Shown: piece after piece, positions 49,280 through 60,313 of the stretch
How the letters are laid out: each line of letters opens with the position of its first letter
How positions within the stretch are numbered: the stretch's first letter is position 1
NCBI GenBank assembly: GCA_965219445.1
Contig: CBDCNQ010000004.1
Coordinates: 480,001-544,000, forward strand
Reading direction: 5' to 3'
DNA: 64,000 nt
From: Longimicrobiales bacterium
Lineage (GTDB): Bacteria > Gemmatimonadota > Gemmatimonadetes > Longimicrobiales > Gaopeijiaceae
Notes under the pieces: generated by a model
What the model was told of the DNA's origin: nothing
The model's database searches: none
Seen by the model: only the letters and a program-made list of their open reading frames with translations
Made by a program: the position numbers and the translations under genes

Positions 49280-50889
49280 CTCGCCGAATCCTGGTCGAAG
49301 ATCACGAACGGATGATCGAGGTCGCTTTCTCCGGGCCCGACTTCCGTCCTCACCAGGGGAAGCTGTTCGATCACGTCCGAGGGGGTCAAGCTCGGACCCA
49401 GCGCGGCGCGTGCCGCCGCCCGGCCCGTGCCATACAGCGCGAGGGCACCCGCCCGATCCGGACCCACTCCCTGGGCCAAGAGTGAAGCAGCCACACCCGC
49501 AAGCACGTCACCCATCCCCCCCGCCGCCAGATCGGACGAGGCCACGGTATCCACCAGACAGGTGCCCTCGGGCGGGATCACGATCGACGGGAGGCCTTTG
49601 AGAAGCACGGTGGCCCCAGTCGTCCTGGCGAGGTCCCGGGCCGCGCCCATCCGGTCCTCCTCGATCGCCTCACTCGTCAGCCCGGTCAGGCGCTTCATCT
49701 CGCCAAGATGTGGTGTAATGAGGACGGGCCGGTCGGCAGCCCACTCCGCCACGCCAGGACCCTCCCCCGACGACGCCAGGTTGAGTGCGTCGGCGTCGAG
49801 AATCGTTGGAAGGGAGCCGGACGCCTCGAGCATGGCCGCCAGGAGCGCTCCCGCCTCGGCCCCACTTCCTAGCCCGGGACCCACGCCCATGGCCTGAGAT
49901 GCGGCGGCCGCCTCGCGCACGCCGTCGACGTCCTCGGCGGGCACAAAGATCGCCTCCGGAACGGACTCTTGAATGATGGAGCGGTTCTCGGACGAGGAAA
50001 CGATCCTCAGCAGACCCACCCCGGATCGCAGTGCGGCTCGGGCGGCCATCACGGCAGCCCCCACCATCCCGGGACGGCCGGCCACCAGGAGAAGCGTGCC
50101 CACGCTATTTTTGTGCGCGTCGGGTTCGCGCCTCGGCCAGGTCTCGGTGGCCCACGCCGGCGTGGCGGCAGCGACACCGAAGACCTGGTCCGGCACGGGT
50201 GGAAAGCCGATCTCTACCACAATCAGACGCCCGACTCTCGACCGGCCTGGTTGGAGCAACGTACCTAGTTTCGGCCATCCGAAGGCGACCGTAACGTCAG
50301 CGTCGACCGCCTCTCCAGCGATCTGCCCCGTGTCACCGTTCAATCCCGAGGGCGTATCCAGCGCGAACACGGGCCGCTCGGATCGGTTGATCGCTTCGAT
50401 CGCTCGGGCTTGGCGGTCGCGGGGCGCCCCCCGGATACCGGTGCCGAGAATACCGTCCACGATGACAGACGCGGCACGCAATACCGTGTCCAAATGTCCC
50501 GACTCGTGTTCGAGTCCGTCGTCTTCTTCGAACGGGATATTCCAGCCGCGCAGTAGATCCTCCTGATCCCGGTCGGCCACGAGAACGGCCCTGACAGCAC
50601 GCCCCCACGCGTGCAACGTTCGGAGCATCACGAGGCCGTCCCCACCATTGTTGCCGGCCCCGATGAACGCGAGGACCTCGCCATCGGGAAAGAGCCGGCC
50701 GAGGATTTCTGCGGCGGACCGCCCCGCGCACTCCATGAGGGCGGCCTGCGGGACAGACTGTTGCTCAATTGCGACCCGGTCAAAAGCGGCGGCCTCAGTG
50801 GCGGTAGGTGCCCAGATTCGTGAACGGGCGAAGGGCCGGAGCGGAGTGTTGCTCATTCCGAGGACCACCCCGGAATCCACGGTAGGCAT
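49276..50889 (-). CDS. nnr: Bifunctional NAD(P)H-hydrate epimerase/dehydratase
   Basis: LMECAG, GAGNNGGDG, DTPSGL; GPGLG, DADAL, TPHLGE, GGMGDVLAG. Confidence 0.93.
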   Translation of the reverse strand: MPTVDSGVVLGMSNTPLRPFARSRIWAPTATEAAAFDRVAIEQQSVPQAALMECAGRSAAEILGRLFPDGEVLAFIGAGNNGGDGLVMLRTLHAWGRAVRAVLVADRDQEDLLRGWNIPFEEDDGLEHESGHLDTVLRAASVIVDGILGTGIRGAPRDRQARAIEAINRSERPVFALDTPSGLNGDTGQIAGEAVDADVTVAFGWPKLGTLLQPGRSRVGRLIVVEIGFPPVPDQVFGVAAATPAWATETWPRREPDAHKNSVGTLLLVAGRPGMVGAAVMAARAALRSGVGLLRIVSSSENRSIIQESVPEAIFVPAEDVDGVREAAAASQAMGVGPGLGSGAEAGALLAAMLEASGSLPTILDADALNLASSGEGPGVAEWAADRPVLITPHLGEMKRLTGLTSEAIEEDRMGAARDLARTTGATVLLKGLPSIVIPPEGTCLVDTVASSDLAAGGMGDVLAGVAASLLAQGVGPDRAGALALYGTGRAAARAALGPSLTPSDVIEQLPLVRTEVGPGESDLDHPFVIFDQDSAR

Positions 50890-50973
50890 CTGAGCGGAGC
50901 CGGAGTCAAACCGAATGGCGAAAAAAGACGGCGCTTCCCTCCGGGGCGGAGGTTACACCGAGACGGGGCTGGC

Positions 50974-51168
50974 CTACTTGTAGCTCTCGCCGATACTGCG
51001 ACCGAGCGAAATCTCCCCATTGTCGATCCGGATGTTGAACCCACACTCAGGGTTGGAGCACACCCAGGCCTTATATCGGATGGCGGCACCATCGCGACCA
51101 TAGTCAGAAAGAGGGAGCAGGATCCCGACATCGCACTTTTGACATCGAGGAAATCCAGATTCGTCCAT
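50974..51168 (-). CDS. Small Cys-rich (zinc-ribbon-like) protein
   Basis: CQKC...CSNPEC; GGAGG RBS. Confidence 0.75.
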   Translation of the reverse strand: MDESGFPRCQKCDVGILLPLSDYGRDGAAIRYKAWVCSNPECGFNIRIDNGEISLGRSIGESYK

Positions 51169-51215
51169 GTCTCAGCCCCTCCCCCCTTCGTGACAATTTC
51201 CCGACTCCAGAGACG

Positions 51216-51596
51216 TCAGATCCCTGGGCTCCATGGATAATCTTGCTCGAACGCCTCTTCGAAATCAAAGACGTCCCGAAAGTCTTCTCGGGAATCCCCC
51301 TCCTGCCTGATAAGGACGCCGCACTCCACCAGAGCGAAGACGATGTCGCCTAAGTCCTCCGTCGAGTGGATCCCCCAGTGCTGCAGCACCGTTCTGGACA
51401 AGGGTCCGAAGCGGCCTAACGCGAGGCGGCGCACACCGTCCGCTAGTTCCGGCCCCGTGATGTGCCGTGGCTTCTCCAGCCCTTGCATGACCTCTTGCAG
51501 GGCCGATAGCAGAAATAGGTATGCCTTCCCGTGAAACCGCGGGTGCTTTTCCTGGAGCTGATCCAGAACGTCTTCGGCAAACTGGAGTTCGGTCAT
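51216..51596 (-). CDS. Conserved hypothetical protein, Minf_1886-like
   Basis: AYLFL...HITGPEL...FGPL..VL.HWGI.STEDLGDIVF.LV....D...DF pattern. Confidence 0.75.
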   Translation of the reverse strand: MTELQFAEDVLDQLQEKHPRFHGKAYLFLLSALQEVMQGLEKPRHITGPELADGVRRLALGRFGPLSRTVLQHWGIHSTEDLGDIVFALVECGVLIRQEGDSREDFRDVFDFEEAFEQDYPWSPGI

Positions 51597-51632
51597 ACGG
51601 CAATCTTACCTGCTCTCGATCCTCGCGCCAGG

Positions 51633-52892
51633 TCACGCATGTCGAGCTAGTTCCTCATAAAGTGGGAATGAGGCGCACAACGTCTCGACCTCGGTCCGCG
51701 TCTGTAAGACTACGGCCTGGTCCGAAACGTCCGTCAGCACCGCGGCGATCCAATCCGCAATCTGGTGCATGTCTGGCTCCTGGAGGCCCCTCGTGGTCAC
51801 AGCGGGCGTGCCGATCCGGAGCCCCGAAGTGACGAAGGGCGACCGGGTCTCCCCCGGAACGGTGTTCTTGTTGACCGTCATTCCGGCGGATTCGAGGACG
51901 TGCTCCGCCTCCTTCCCCGTGAGCTCCGGGTGGCTCCCTCGAAGATCGACCATGAGCAGGTGGTTGTCCGTGCCGTCGCTGACGAGCGAAAACCCGTGCT
52001 CGAGCAACCGCTCCGCAAGAGCCTTCGCGTTGGCGACGACCTGGCGCTGATACGTCTCGAAGTCGGGCTCGAGGGCTTCTTTGAACGAGACGGCCTTGGC
52101 CGCAATGATGTGCATCAACGGCCCTCCCTGCAGACGCGGGAAGACGGCCTTGTCCACCGTTTTCGCGTGCTCATCCTTACACAGGATCATCCCGCCTCTC
52201 GGGCCCCGAAGCGTCTTATGCGTCGTCGTGGTGACGATGTCGGCGTGGGGGACCGGGCTTGGATGAAGCCCGGTGGCGATGAGCCCTGCGATGTGCGCCA
52301 TATCGACCAGGAGATAGGCACCCACCTCACGAGCGATGGCGCCGAACGTCTCGAAATCGATAATGCGGGGATAGGCGCTAGCGCCGGCCACGATCATCTG
52401 GGGTCGAGCCTCCAAAGCCTGCTCGCGAAGAAGGTCGTAGTCGATTCGAGCGTCCGACTCCCGTACTCCGTACGACACCACGTTGTAGAGTTGGCCACTG
52501 AAGTTCACGGGCGACCCATGGGTCAGATGGCCACCGTGACTCAAGCTCATCCCGAGGATCGTATCACCCGGTTCGAGCAACGCGAAGTAACCGGCCATGT
52601 TCGCCTGGGCGCCGGAATGGGGCTGAACGTTGGCATGCTCTGCCGAGAAGAGCCGTAAGGCCCGACTGCGAGCCAGTGCCTCCGCCTCATCGACGAACTC
52701 ACAACCACCGTAGTAACGCTTTCCCGGAAGCCCCTCGGCGTATTTGTTGGCCATGACCGATCCCATGGCTTCGAGGACCGCCCGGGAAACGAAATTTTCG
52801 CTCGCGATGAGCTCGAGCTGCGAACCCTGGCGTGCCGCTTCGCTGCGGATCGCCTCAAAAATATCGGCGTCAATGCTCTGTAAATGATCCAT
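51633..52892 (-). CDS. glyA: Serine hydroxymethyltransferase
   Basis: [35 protein letters not shown]. Confidence 0.98.
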   Translation of the reverse strand: MDHLQSIDADIFEAIRSEAARQGSQLELIASENFVSRAVLEAMGSVMANKYAEGLPGKRYYGGCEFVDEAEALARSRALRLFSAEHANVQPHSGAQANMAGYFALLEPGDTILGMSLSHGGHLTHGSPVNFSGQLYNVVSYGVRESDARIDYDLLREQALEARPQMIVAGASAYPRIIDFETFGAIAREVGAYLLVDMAHIAGLIATGLHPSPVPHADIVTTTTHKTLRGPRGGMILCKDEHAKTVDKAVFPRLQGGPLMHIIAAKAVSFKEALEPDFETYQRQVVANAKALAERLLEHGFSLVSDGTDNHLLMVDLRGSHPELTGKEAEHVLESAGMTVNKNTVPGETRSPFVTSGLRIGTPAVTTRGLQEPDMHQIADWIAAVLTDVSDQAVVLQTRTEVETLCASFPLYEELARHA

Positions 52893-52979
52893 GGGGGGCG
52901 AACCTATCGTGCGAGCCTCGTTCGAGCCATAAGGAGACATGCGGCCTGCGTCAATTTGGAGAAAAAGGGGCCTCGTGAG

Positions 52980-54029
52980 CTATGCATCGCGCACCCGCTG
53001 CGCTTCGGCGATGCGCCGACGAGCCATGCTGTCCGCGGCCTGACTGGTCGGGATATCTTCTATCAAAGCGTGCCCGAAAACCTGGAGGAGGCACTCGTAG
53101 ATGCCCTCGGCTTTTTCCATGCTCTCCTCGGCCGTCCAGCCCTTGAGTTCCCCGTAAACGTTACACATACCGCCCGCGTTGATCACGTAGTCCGGAGCAT
53201 ACACGATGCCTCTCTCGTGAAGCGCCTGGCCGTGCCGAGCTTCGGCCAACTGGTTGTTGGCGGAACCCGCGACGATGTCGACTCTCAGCCTGTCGAGCGT
53301 GTCATCGTTGATCACGGCGCCCAGGGCACACGGGGAGAAGATGTCGGCGTCGATCTCATATACGCGGTCGGGGGTCACTGCCGTCGCACCGAAATCGCTT
53401 ACTGCCTTCCAGACCCGATCGTCTTCGATATCGGCCACGCTCAGGCGGGCCTCCTCCGTGGCGAGGTGCTGGCAAAGGTGATACCCCACACCTCCCAGCC
53501 CCTGAACGACGACGTGCCGGCCCTCGAGAGATTCTTCACCGTATCGGAAGCGAGCGCACGCCTTGAGGCCCTGACATACGCCGAAGGCGGTAAGCGGTGC
53601 CGGATCGCCGGACCGTCCCTGCAGGCCTGTCACCCACTGGGTCTCCTTGTGGACGTACTCCATGTCGTCGGCAGACGTCCCGACGTCCGCCGCTGTGATA
53701 TAGCGGCCTCCGAGAGATTCGACAGCTCGTCCGTGGGCCCGAAAAATCGCCTCACGATCCGTCGTGTGCGGGTCCCCGATGATGACCGATTTTCCACCGC
53801 CGAGTTCGAGACCGGTGATGGCCGCTTTGTAGGTCATTCCCCGCGAGAGGCGCAGCACGTCGGTGATCGCCTCCGCCTCCGACTCGTAGTTCCAAAACCG
53901 TGTGCCGCCGAGCGCCGGGCCCAATGTGGTGTCATGGATCGCTATGAGTCCGCGATATCCGCTGGCCACATCACTCCAGAAGAGGAGCTGATCGTGCTCC
54001 TTCTCCGCCATCGCCTCGAAAATCTCCAC
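52980..54029 (-). CDS. Leucine dehydrogenase (Glu/Leu/Phe/Val DH family)
   Basis: GPALGGTR, GMTYK, GGGK, QGLGGVG, PCALG, GSANNQL, NAGG. Confidence 0.92.
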   Translation of the reverse strand: MEIFEAMAEKEHDQLLFWSDVASGYRGLIAIHDTTLGPALGGTRFWNYESEAEAITDVLRLSRGMTYKAAITGLELGGGKSVIIGDPHTTDREAIFRAHGRAVESLGGRYITAADVGTSADDMEYVHKETQWVTGLQGRSGDPAPLTAFGVCQGLKACARFRYGEESLEGRHVVVQGLGGVGYHLCQHLATEEARLSVADIEDDRVWKAVSDFGATAVTPDRVYEIDADIFSPCALGAVINDDTLDRLRVDIVAGSANNQLAEARHGQALHERGIVYAPDYVINAGGMCNVYGELKGWTAEESMEKAEGIYECLLQVFGHALIEDIPTSQAADSMARRRIAEAQRVRDA

Positions 54030-54069
54030 GACCTCCCGACCCTGTGCCTAGAAGTTGTGTGGGGGTGGA

Positions 54070-54942
54070 TCAGTCCGCATACGTGTGGAATCCCCGCCCC
54101 GCCTTGCGTCCCAACCAACCCGCAGCGACGTATTTTCGAAGGAGTGGACACGGCCGATAGCGGTCGTCCCCCAAATCCCGATGCAGGATCTCCATGATGT
54201 TGAGGCAGGTGTCCAGCCCGATCAAATCGGCCAACGCAAGCGGTCCCATGGGGTGGTTCATGCCGAGCCTCATGACGGAATCGATCGCCTCCGCGTCGGC
54301 CACACCCTCCATCAAGGCGAACACCGCCTCGTTGATCATGGGCCCCAGAATCCGATTCGAAACGAAGCCCGGGAAGTCGTTGACCTCCACGGGGGTTTTT
54401 CCCAGCTCCGTGGAAAAAGCCATGACGGACGCAGTGGTCGCGTCACTCGTGGCCAGTCCGCGGATCACCTCGACCAGCATCATTACGGGAACGGGGTTCA
54501 TGAAGTGCATACCGATGACTCGGTCGGGACGGGCGGTTTCCGCGGCAATCGCCGTAATCGAGATGGAGGAAGTATTGCTGGCCAGAATCGCGTCGGCAGG
54601 AGCGATCCCGTCGAGTCGTCGGAAAAGATCGTACTTGATTTCCGCCTTTTCGGGGACGGCCTCGATGATCAACTGCGACCCCGCCGTCGCGGCGTCCAGA
54701 TCCATCGTGGGCCGGATTCGCTGCAGTGCCTCGTCTCGCGCGGCCCCGTCGACGATCTCCTTCTTCACTTGCCGATCCAGATTCTTGGAGATTGTCGTGA
54801 GGGCCCGGTCCAAGTCGTCTTGGGACACGTCGGTAATTCGCACCTCGTGCCCGCTCAGCGCACAGACGTGCGCTATCCCGTTTCCCATGGTTCCGCCGCC
54901 CACAACCGTCACGGTCTGGATGTCCACAGGATCCGCGCTCAC
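54070..54942 (-). CDS. hbd: 3-hydroxybutyryl-CoA dehydrogenase
   Basis: [43 protein letters not shown]. Confidence 0.93.
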   Translation of the reverse strand: MSADPVDIQTVTVVGGGTMGNGIAHVCALSGHEVRITDVSQDDLDRALTTISKNLDRQVKKEIVDGAARDEALQRIRPTMDLDAATAGSQLIIEAVPEKAEIKYDLFRRLDGIAPADAILASNTSSISITAIAAETARPDRVIGMHFMNPVPVMMLVEVIRGLATSDATTASVMAFSTELGKTPVEVNDFPGFVSNRILGPMINEAVFALMEGVADAEAIDSVMRLGMNHPMGPLALADLIGLDTCLNIMEILHRDLGDDRYRPCPLLRKYVAAGWLGRKAGRGFHTYAD

Positions 54943-56150
54943 ATGCGGCGGACCGAGAGGGCCACCGCATTACCTCCACCGAGGCAGAGTGCCGCCAGAC
55001 CGGTCTCCACATTCCGATCCTCCATCGCCCCGAGAAGGGTCACCAAGATACGTGCCCCAGAGGCACCGATCGGATGTCCGAGCGCCACCGCGCCGCCATG
55101 GACGTTGACTCGCTCGGGATCCATTTCGAGCGCCCTCATGTCCGCCAATGCCTGCACCGCGAACGCCTCGTTCAACTCAACCAGGCCATAGTCCCCGATG
55201 CCCGTTTGCTCCTTTCCCATAAGATTCTTCACCGCGGCGATGGGCGCGAAGAACAGATCTTGGGGGTCGGCTCCAGCAGCGGCATAAGCTGAAATCTCCG
55301 CACGGACCGGAACTCCATGCGCCTGGGCAAACTCGAGTGACGCAACGACGACCGCAGCCGAGCCATCGTTGAGCCCCGGTGCGTTTCCCGCGGTCACGAC
55401 CAGTTCTTCGATGTCATCAGGGGCGTCAGCCCCAAAGGCGGGCCGCAGCTTCCCGAGTGCCTCCAGTGACGTGTCCCGCCGGGGGCCTTCGTCGCAATCG
55501 ACCACGGTGGTGCCCCGACGTGTTTCGATCGACACCGGGACGATTTCCTGCTCGAACTTACCCCCGTCCATGGCCTCGATCGCGAGGCGGTGGGAGCGAA
55601 GTGCGAACTCGTCGGCGTCGGCCCTCGAAATCCCGGCCTTCGCAGCCGTGTACTCGGCGTGGCCTCCCATATGGCAATGGCCGAACGCGCACCACAGACC
55701 ATCCAACACGACACCGTCTTGCAGCGTCTGATCTCCGAACTTGATGCCGGACCGCAATCCCCGGAAGTAGTGAGGCACGTTCGACATCGACTCCATGCCT
55801 CCGGCCACGACCAACTGTGCGTCGCCTGCTCGTACCGCCTGAGCCGCAAGCATCACGGCCTTCAAACCCGATCCGCAGACCTTGTTGACGGTGACGGCCG
55901 GGATGGTCGCGGGCACCCCACCCGAAATCGCGGCTTGGCGAGCCGGGGCCTGGCCTTCACCTGCCGAGACGACGTTCCCCATGATGACCTCGTCGATACT
56001 CGCCGGATCGACACCGGATCGCTCCAAAGCAGCCCGGATCGCAATTCCACCGAGCTCAGGGGCGGCGAGGGGGGACAGACCGCCCAAAAAGCGACCGACC
56101 GGTGTACGGCCTCCACCGAGGATTACTGGTGTTCTCGCCTTTTCACCCAT
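54939..56150 (-). CDS. Acetyl-CoA C-acetyltransferase (thiolase)
   Basis: [25 protein letters not shown]. Confidence 0.95.
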   Translation of the reverse strand: MGEKARTPVILGGGRTPVGRFLGGLSPLAAPELGGIAIRAALERSGVDPASIDEVIMGNVVSAGEGQAPARQAAISGGVPATIPAVTVNKVCGSGLKAVMLAAQAVRAGDAQLVVAGGMESMSNVPHYFRGLRSGIKFGDQTLQDGVVLDGLWCAFGHCHMGGHAEYTAAKAGISRADADEFALRSHRLAIEAMDGGKFEQEIVPVSIETRRGTTVVDCDEGPRRDTSLEALGKLRPAFGADAPDDIEELVVTAGNAPGLNDGSAAVVVASLEFAQAHGVPVRAEISAYAAAGADPQDLFFAPIAAVKNLMGKEQTGIGDYGLVELNEAFAVQALADMRALEMDPERVNVHGGAVALGHPIGASGARILVTLLGAMEDRNVETGLAALCLGGGNAVALSVRRM

Positions 56151-56334
56151 GACCGGTCGTTTTTCTAGTGGGGTCTCACCCCGCCGGTGAAGCGGAGACC
56201 GCGACCTAATCTAGTGCTGTCTTCCAGAAGTGTCTCGGCCATTGATCTCGCTTCACTCGATCGTCTCGCGGATAACTCAGTCCGCACGACGAGCATGAAG
56301 GTCGCTCGGCTCGAGTGAACACCCGAAGCAGCAA

Positions 56335-57177
56335 TTAAGTGTCCGGAGCTAGATCCAAGAAGGACAGTTGCTGGCCCTGTCGGGGTCGTGAACGCCGTCC
56401 ACGCTTCCGGAGAAACGCTCTGAGGGCGTGGAGGTCGGAGAGTCCTTGCCGGCTCGCCTCATCGAGGAGCCGGATCAGAACACGCGCCGTGGCCAGGGCA
56501 TCTCCGTGAGCCCGGTGGCGATCCTCGACGTCGATCCCGAAGTGCCGCGTAACCGCGTCGAGATTCCGGCGCCGTAACCGAGGGATGAGCCGGCGCGTCA
56601 TCTGGACGGTACAGAGGCGCTCGACGTTGGGAACCTCACCGATGGCCTCGGCGAGCTGCCGGCTTATGAAACCCCAGTCGAAGCGCACATTGTGTGCCAC
56701 AAAAATGCGACCCTCCAATCGCTCCAGAACATCCGCTGCGATGTGGTCGAAGAAGGGCGCGGAGGAAACCATGCCATTACTGATACCGGTCAGTACTTCT
56801 ATGTGGGGAGGGATGGTCCTGCCGGGATTCACCAGCGATCGATACTCCTCCTCCACCACACCACCACGCACTTCGTAGATGGCGATGTCGGTCATTTTGT
56901 GTCCGCCCAGGTAGGGACCGCCCGTCGTCTCAACGTCCACCACCGCATAGCGCAACTTGGAGAGCGGGGTGCCCGGACCCGACCCCGCCATGGACCAGAC
57001 ACCTTCTCCATCGACTCGAAATCGTGAGTCGGGCCCTAAAAGCGTAAACACGGCGGCCGATGCCGCCCCAGGATTTCCGGTGAGCCCTAGAGCCTCATGG
57101 GCAAGAGCAACCGTATGCATGGGCCCCTTCTCGAGGACAGAAGCAGCCCGGTGAATCAGAACCCGGTCTGCGCTCAC
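56335..57177 (-). CDS. DnaQ-like DEDDh 3'-5' exonuclease with N-terminal extension
   Basis: VVDVETTG, AHNVRFD, HRAHGDA; start overlaps rex stop. Confidence 0.9.
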   Translation of the reverse strand: MSADRVLIHRAASVLEKGPMHTVALAHEALGLTGNPGAASAAVFTLLGPDSRFRVDGEGVWSMAGSGPGTPLSKLRYAVVDVETTGGPYLGGHKMTDIAIYEVRGGVVEEEYRSLVNPGRTIPPHIEVLTGISNGMVSSAPFFDHIAADVLERLEGRIFVAHNVRFDWGFISRQLAEAIGEVPNVERLCTVQMTRRLIPRLRRRNLDAVTRHFGIDVEDRHRAHGDALATARVLIRLLDEASRQGLSDLHALRAFLRKRGRRSRPRQGQQLSFLDLAPDT

Positions 57178-57815
57178 CCGTCTCCGTCTTCCTGGCTCAA
57201 GGCGAAAGACAAGGCTTCGAGCTCCATGACCATGTTCACATCTTTCACGGCAACTCCCCCCGAAACCTTCAGCTTGGTCGGCGCGAAGTTGAGAATGCCC
57301 CGCACGCCCGCCTCCTTCACGTGCTCCATGACGGAGGGTACCGCCTCCACTGGGATCGCGAGAATCGCGATTTCGACTCCCTGGTCGGTCGCGACGGCTA
57401 CGAACTCATCGATATCCCGCACGCGCAGACCACCCCATGTTTCACCGACCTTGGACGCGTCGGAGTCGAAGATAGCTACCACATCATAACTGCGCTCACC
57501 GAACCCACCGTATTCCACGAGCGCCGACCCGATGCGCCCCGCTCCCACGAGGGCGACGCGCCACCGCCGGTCGAGACCAAGGATTTTCCTGAGTCGCAGG
57601 GCCAGTTCGGCGACCTCGTACCCGAGCCCACGCTTTCCGAACGACCCGAACAGCGAGAGATCCTTCCGGACCTGAGCAGCCGTAGTCGCACTCCGGCCGG
57701 ACATCTCTTCGCTGGACACCGTTTCTCGACCCTCACGCTCCAGATCCTCCAGAATCCGAAGGTAGAGGGACAGCCGGCGAACCGCCGATTCCGAAATTTT
57801 CCGCGAAATGGCCAA
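57174..57815 (-). CDS. rex: Redox-sensing transcriptional repressor Rex
   Basis: RRLSLYLR, QVRKDLS.FG.FGKRG.GY, GAGRIGSAL, ILNFAP. Confidence 0.95.
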   Translation of the reverse strand: MAISRKISESAVRRLSLYLRILEDLEREGRETVSSEEMSGRSATTAAQVRKDLSLFGSFGKRGLGYEVAELALRLRKILGLDRRWRVALVGAGRIGSALVEYGGFGERSYDVVAIFDSDASKVGETWGGLRVRDIDEFVAVATDQGVEIAILAIPVEAVPSVMEHVKEAGVRGILNFAPTKLKVSGGVAVKDVNMVMELEALSFALSQEDGDG

Positions 57816-57847
57816 CTACGACCCCGTTTTTCCGACCATGCACAGCC

Positions 57848-57865
57848 TTGTGAAAATCTTCACAA
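57848..57865. promoter_or_regulatory. Rex operator
   Basis: Perfect TTGTGAA-AATC-TTCACAA, 32 nt upstream of the rex start. Confidence 0.92.
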
Positions 57866-57924
57866 TATTAGCCAAAGAGAGCCGGGCGCGCCAATATTGC
57901 GTGGCGGGGTGGCCAGCACGCCGA

Positions 57925-58725
57925 CTAGGCGGTACGGGTGATGTATTCGGACAGGCGCACGAAGTCGTCGGGAGACAGCGTCTCGGGCCTGCGGGTAAGG
58001 TCCCAACCCGTTTCCCGGGAGAGGTCGTCCACCCGACTGCGAGAGACCCGTAGCGCGTCGTGGTCGCGGAGAATTTTCTGCAGCTGCTTTCTTCGCCACT
58101 CGAAGGACGCGCGAGTGAGCACTCGTAGTGCGTGCTCCTCATCGGCGGAAAGAGGCGGAGGCGCGAACGGAGTGATTCGCACGACGGCCGAGTCCACGGC
58201 GGGTACGGGCCGGAATGAAGTGCACGGCACACAAAGAACTCTCGACACCGATGCGACGGACCGTACCCCGACGGTCAGCGCCCCGTATTGACCCGTGCCG
58301 GGCTCGGCGGTAAGCCGGTCGGCCACCTCGCGCTGTACCATCAAAAGGATGTCCCGCGGGCGAGGGCGTTCGAGGGCCTTGAAGATGATCGGCGCGGTGA
58401 TGTTGTACGGGATGTTTCCCACCACGAGTAGGTCGGTCGGATCGGGAGCCACGACAGACCAATCCAACGTCAGGACATCCTGATGAAGGACGTCCACATC
58501 GGGGCGCCCACCCCACTCCTCCCGCAGCGCCGCTGCAAGCTCGTCGTCCAACTCCACGAGCAACAGATGCCCCGCGCGGCCAACCATGTGCCGTGTGAGC
58601 TCGCCACGCCCCGGGCCGATCTCCAATACGGTGTCCGACTCCGAACAATCCAGGGCCTCGACAATTTTCTGCTGAAGCTCGACGTCCACGAGGAAATTCT
58701 GTCCGAGAGATTTCTTCGCCCGCAC
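57925..58725 (-). CDS. rsmA: 16S rRNA dimethyladenosine transferase
   Basis: KKSLGQNFL, EIGPGRG, GNIPYNIT, MVQREVA, RRKQL, RPETLS; GGAGG RBS before GTG 58725. Confidence 0.95.
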   Translation of the reverse strand: MRAKKSLGQNFLVDVELQQKIVEALDCSESDTVLEIGPGRGELTRHMVGRAGHLLLVELDDELAAALREEWGGRPDVDVLHQDVLTLDWSVVAPDPTDLLVVGNIPYNITAPIIFKALERPRPRDILLMVQREVADRLTAEPGTGQYGALTVGVRSVASVSRVLCVPCTSFRPVPAVDSAVVRITPFAPPPLSADEEHALRVLTRASFEWRRKQLQKILRDHDALRVSRSRVDDLSRETGWDLTRRPETLSPDDFVRLSEYITRTA

Positions 58726-58735
58726 TGTCCTCCCC

Positions 58736-60313
58736 TCAGGTACGGAGAACCAGCGCGGTTCGATCGTCGGTCGGAACGTAGGGGGTGGCGGCATCGGCGA
58801 GGTCGAACAGGACCTCCACGATGTGAGTGGGATTCGTATCCAGTTCTCTCATCACCGCATCGACGACGGCGGCTTCCCCGCTCCCCGGCTCAGGCGTAGC
58901 GAGCGTGTCGGACAGGCCATCGGTGAAGAGGACGAGGAGGTCTCCGCTCCCCCAGGGGACCCGCTCCTCCGTGTACGACTCGGAACCGGCGAATCCCATC
59001 GGCGGGTCAGTGGCAACGAGCCGCTCCAAATCGCCATGGGGTCGGAACACCCATGCGTGTGGATGGCCTGCATTCGAATACCGAAGCTCCTCGGCGACGG
59101 GATCGATCACGACATAACAGAGGCTCACGAACATCTCGGTGGTCTCCAGCTCACCCCTCAGTGCATCGTCGAGCTTCCGTAGCACCTCCGCCGGATGGGG
59201 AGACTCCAGGGCGTAGATGCTCGCGGCACTCAAGCACAGTGCCATAATCAGCGCAGCCGGGAAGCCATGAGACGAAACATCGCCGATCATCACTCCGATC
59301 TTTCCCGACGGGAGCTTGAACAGATGGAAGAAGTCTCCACCGACCAATTCCGCGGAAGCCACGCGGGCCGCGACATCCGCCCGGTCGAAGGCCTCCGGTG
59401 ATGGCAGAAGTTTCGCCTGGAGATTGTGCGCCAACTCCATCTCACGACTCATCCTCTCCTGCTCAAGGCTTTCCTGAATGAGCCGGTTGTTCTCGAGCGC
59501 GGCGCCCACCTGACTCGCGATCGCGGAGAGAAGCTTCTGGTCACTCGTCGTGAAGGGCTCTCCTCGCACACGCCCGAACAGGTCGATCACACCTACGATC
59601 CTCGCCTCGCCCGAACGTCGGCTGTAGCTGATGGGGACCGAAATATCCGTCGTGGGTCCTTCCGAGCGAGGATCTTCGAGGTCCCCGCGGCCGCCGAGCC
59701 GGGAACGCCCCTCCTCGAAAACCCGTGACGTGACGGCGTCCGGCACATGACCATCGAGGGGACTGGTGGAACCTGGGCCCACCGACGCAGTGAGACGAAG
59801 TAGATCCCGGTGCCGGTCATAGACCCAAAGGGATCCTCCCTCAGCGCCGAGCACGTCACAGACTTCCCTCAGAATGTCGTAGGTGGCTTCCTCGAGAATG
59901 AGTATTGAACCGAGCGTCTCGCTGATCGAATACAGTAGGTTGATCTCCTCATATCGCCCCGATAGCTCGTGGGTGAAGAATCGGACCTCCTGCGCGAAGT
60001 CGAGCGCCCGCTCGACCTCCGACTGAAGGAGCGAAGCGATGCCTTCCACCTCCAATCCGTCCGACGAGTGAATCTCGAGCTGCAAAGCAGGACTATCTTT
60101 GTGGGACACACAGCGAAGGACACTGTCCGCCAAGGGCTCACGGATCCCGTCGGAGGCACCGGTCGCCACGGCCGGATAGACCTGGGCCGTACGGCTGCCA
60201 TCCTCCCCAAGGCTCCACACGCGGAGATCCAGATCGAGCTGAGAGCTGAACTCGTCGAGGGTTTCGCGAACCTGGACTGGAAGAACAGGGGGAAGCCCGC
60301 CTTCGGGGCTCAT
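58736..60313 (-). CDS. GAF-domain PP2C/SpoIIE phosphatase (RsbU-like)
   Basis: GAF region; VGGDFF, IGDVSSHG, NAGHP, FTDGL, DDRT. Confidence 0.9.
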   Translation of the reverse strand: MSPEGGLPPVLPVQVRETLDEFSSQLDLDLRVWSLGEDGSRTAQVYPAVATGASDGIREPLADSVLRCVSHKDSPALQLEIHSSDGLEVEGIASLLQSEVERALDFAQEVRFFTHELSGRYEEINLLYSISETLGSILILEEATYDILREVCDVLGAEGGSLWVYDRHRDLLRLTASVGPGSTSPLDGHVPDAVTSRVFEEGRSRLGGRGDLEDPRSEGPTTDISVPISYSRRSGEARIVGVIDLFGRVRGEPFTTSDQKLLSAIASQVGAALENNRLIQESLEQERMSREMELAHNLQAKLLPSPEAFDRADVAARVASAELVGGDFFHLFKLPSGKIGVMIGDVSSHGFPAALIMALCLSAASIYALESPHPAEVLRKLDDALRGELETTEMFVSLCYVVIDPVAEELRYSNAGHPHAWVFRPHGDLERLVATDPPMGFAGSESYTEERVPWGSGDLLVLFTDGLSDTLATPEPGSGEAAVVDAVMRELDTNPTHIVEVLFDLADAATPYVPTDDRTALVLRT

